From Candidatus Poribacteria bacterium (lineage in GTDB: Bacteria > Poribacteria > WGA-4E > WGA-3G): a stretch of DNA of 64,000 bases. Position 1 is the stretch's first letter, and the number at the start of each line of letters is the position of its first letter. The notes under the pieces were generated by a model. That model was not told where the DNA came from, made no database searches, and was given only the letters and a program-made list of their open reading frames with translations. The stretch spans positions 3,382,444-3,446,443 of the forward strand of contig CBDBPM010000002.1 of assembly GCA_965208735.1 (NCBI GenBank). The letters are read 5' to 3'. Both the position numbers and the translations under genes were made by a program. Positions 63,134 to 64,000 of this stretch are shown here, in pieces.

Positions 63134-64000
63134 CTAACCCACAGATGCGATTTCCAAATTGTCGCGCCAATGTTTCTGTAACATTAGTTTCAGCAATTGA
63201 TGTGTCGGTGCGTTCAGCTCACGATCGGCTTTGACTAATAACTCCGCCTCTTTTTTCGCCGTTTCCAGAAGCGTAGCATCGTGGATGATGTTTGCGATTT
63301 TGAAATTCGGGACACCCGATTGACGTGTACCAAAGAACTCTCCCGGTCCACGGATATTCAGGTCTGCCTCAGCGATCTGAAAGCCGTTGTTCGTCCGAAT
63401 CATCGCTTGAATCCGTTGGTAGGAATCGTCGCCTTTCGGAATGGCGACGAGGTAGCACGCCGATTGGTGCTCGCCACGTCCGACACGTCCACGCAATTGG
63501 TGTAGTTGGGACAACCCAAACCGTTCTGCGTTCTCAATCACCATCAGCGTTGCGTTCGGGACATCAATGCCTACCTCAATCACAGTTGTTGAAACGAGGA
63601 TGTCAATATGCTTATCGTTGAACTTTGCCATGACTTCCTGTTTCTCAATTGATTTCATCTGCCCATGCAATAACCCAACGCGTAGGTCTGGAAACACCGA
63701 GTTTTGAAGATGTTCTGCCATCTCTGTGGCGGCTTTAAGTTCTTCCAGTTTTTCGGACTCTTCAACGAGCGGATAGACAACGTATGCCTGTCTACCGCGT
63801 TGAATCTCCTTCCGTAAGTTACCGTATAACTTTTCCCTGTCCTTTTCCTTTATCCAGTAGGTCTTAATTGTCTGTCTACCGGGTGGCATTTCATCAATGA
63901 CAGAGACGTTCAGATCACCATAGAGTGTCAAGGCAAGTGTTCTCGGAATCGGGGTTGCTGTCATGACGAGAACATCTGGTGGTAGTGCCTTGTTGCCCAC
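63134..64000 (-). CDS. recG: ATP-dependent DNA helicase RecG, C-terminal part (5' end outside window)
   Basis: VLVMTATPIPRTLALTLYGDL, LHGQM, TTVIEVGIDVPNA and QLHQLRGRVGRG helicase motifs. The ORF is open at the window edge. Confidence 0.9.
   Translation of the reverse strand: MGNKALPPDVLVMTATPIPRTLALTLYGDLNVSVIDEMPPGRQTIKTYWIKEKDREKLYGNLRKEIQRGRQAYVVYPLVEESEKLEELKAATEMAEHLQNSVFPDLRVGLLHGQMKSIEKQEVMAKFNDKHIDILVSTTVIEVGIDVPNATLMVIENAERFGLSQLHQLRGRVGRGEHQSACYLVAIPKGDDSYQRIQAMIRTNNGFQIAEADLNIRGPGEFFGTRQSGVPNFKIANIIHDATLLETAKKEAELLVKADRELNAPTHQLLKLMLQKHWRDNLEIASVG

Overview
Gene-dense bacterial chromosomal segment with about 57 protein-coding genes, roughly 48-50% GC by eye, AGGAG-type RBSs and TTGACA/TATAAT-type promoters. 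I recognised no rRNA, tRNA, CRISPR array, transposase or integrase. Housekeeping genes: thiE, prmC-prfA, rpmE, rho, an Sdh1-type sdhC-sdhA-sdhB operon, comF, smc and recG (3' part only). The rest looks accessory. It includes eukaryote-like repeat proteins (ankyrin, four paralogous WD40 proteins, several TPR proteins), three secreted LamG-like proteins, a sulfatase, a GH33-type sialidase, BNR and PD40 beta-propellers, two PhyH dioxygenases and three Gfo/Idh/MocA oxidoreductases. This repertoire resembles uncultivated host- or sponge-associated lineages such as Poribacteria, but that is inference only. Observations most worth a second look: (1) a family of 120-190 nt palindromic intergenic elements present at least 5-7 times, two copies bracketing one gene and one copy between sdhA and sdhB; (2) a shared C-terminal tag, KL(T/A)TTW(G/A)x(I/V)K, on four signal-peptide proteins; (3) a WD40 paralog cluster with conserved termini, near-identical 126-nt internal repeats and an embedded kinase-like gene and PhyH gene; (4) a tightly packed six-gene operon, ECF sigma - FHA - TPR/HExxH peptidase - CvpA - two TPR membrane paralogs; (5) a PIN toxin fused in frame to its usual small partner, with a relic second copy, and a RelE toxin paired with an unusually long, internally duplicated antitoxin; (6) about 850 bp of unassigned non-coding sequence with a near-consensus promoter upstream of rho. 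All functional calls come from motif recognition by eye. No database or HMM searches were run.
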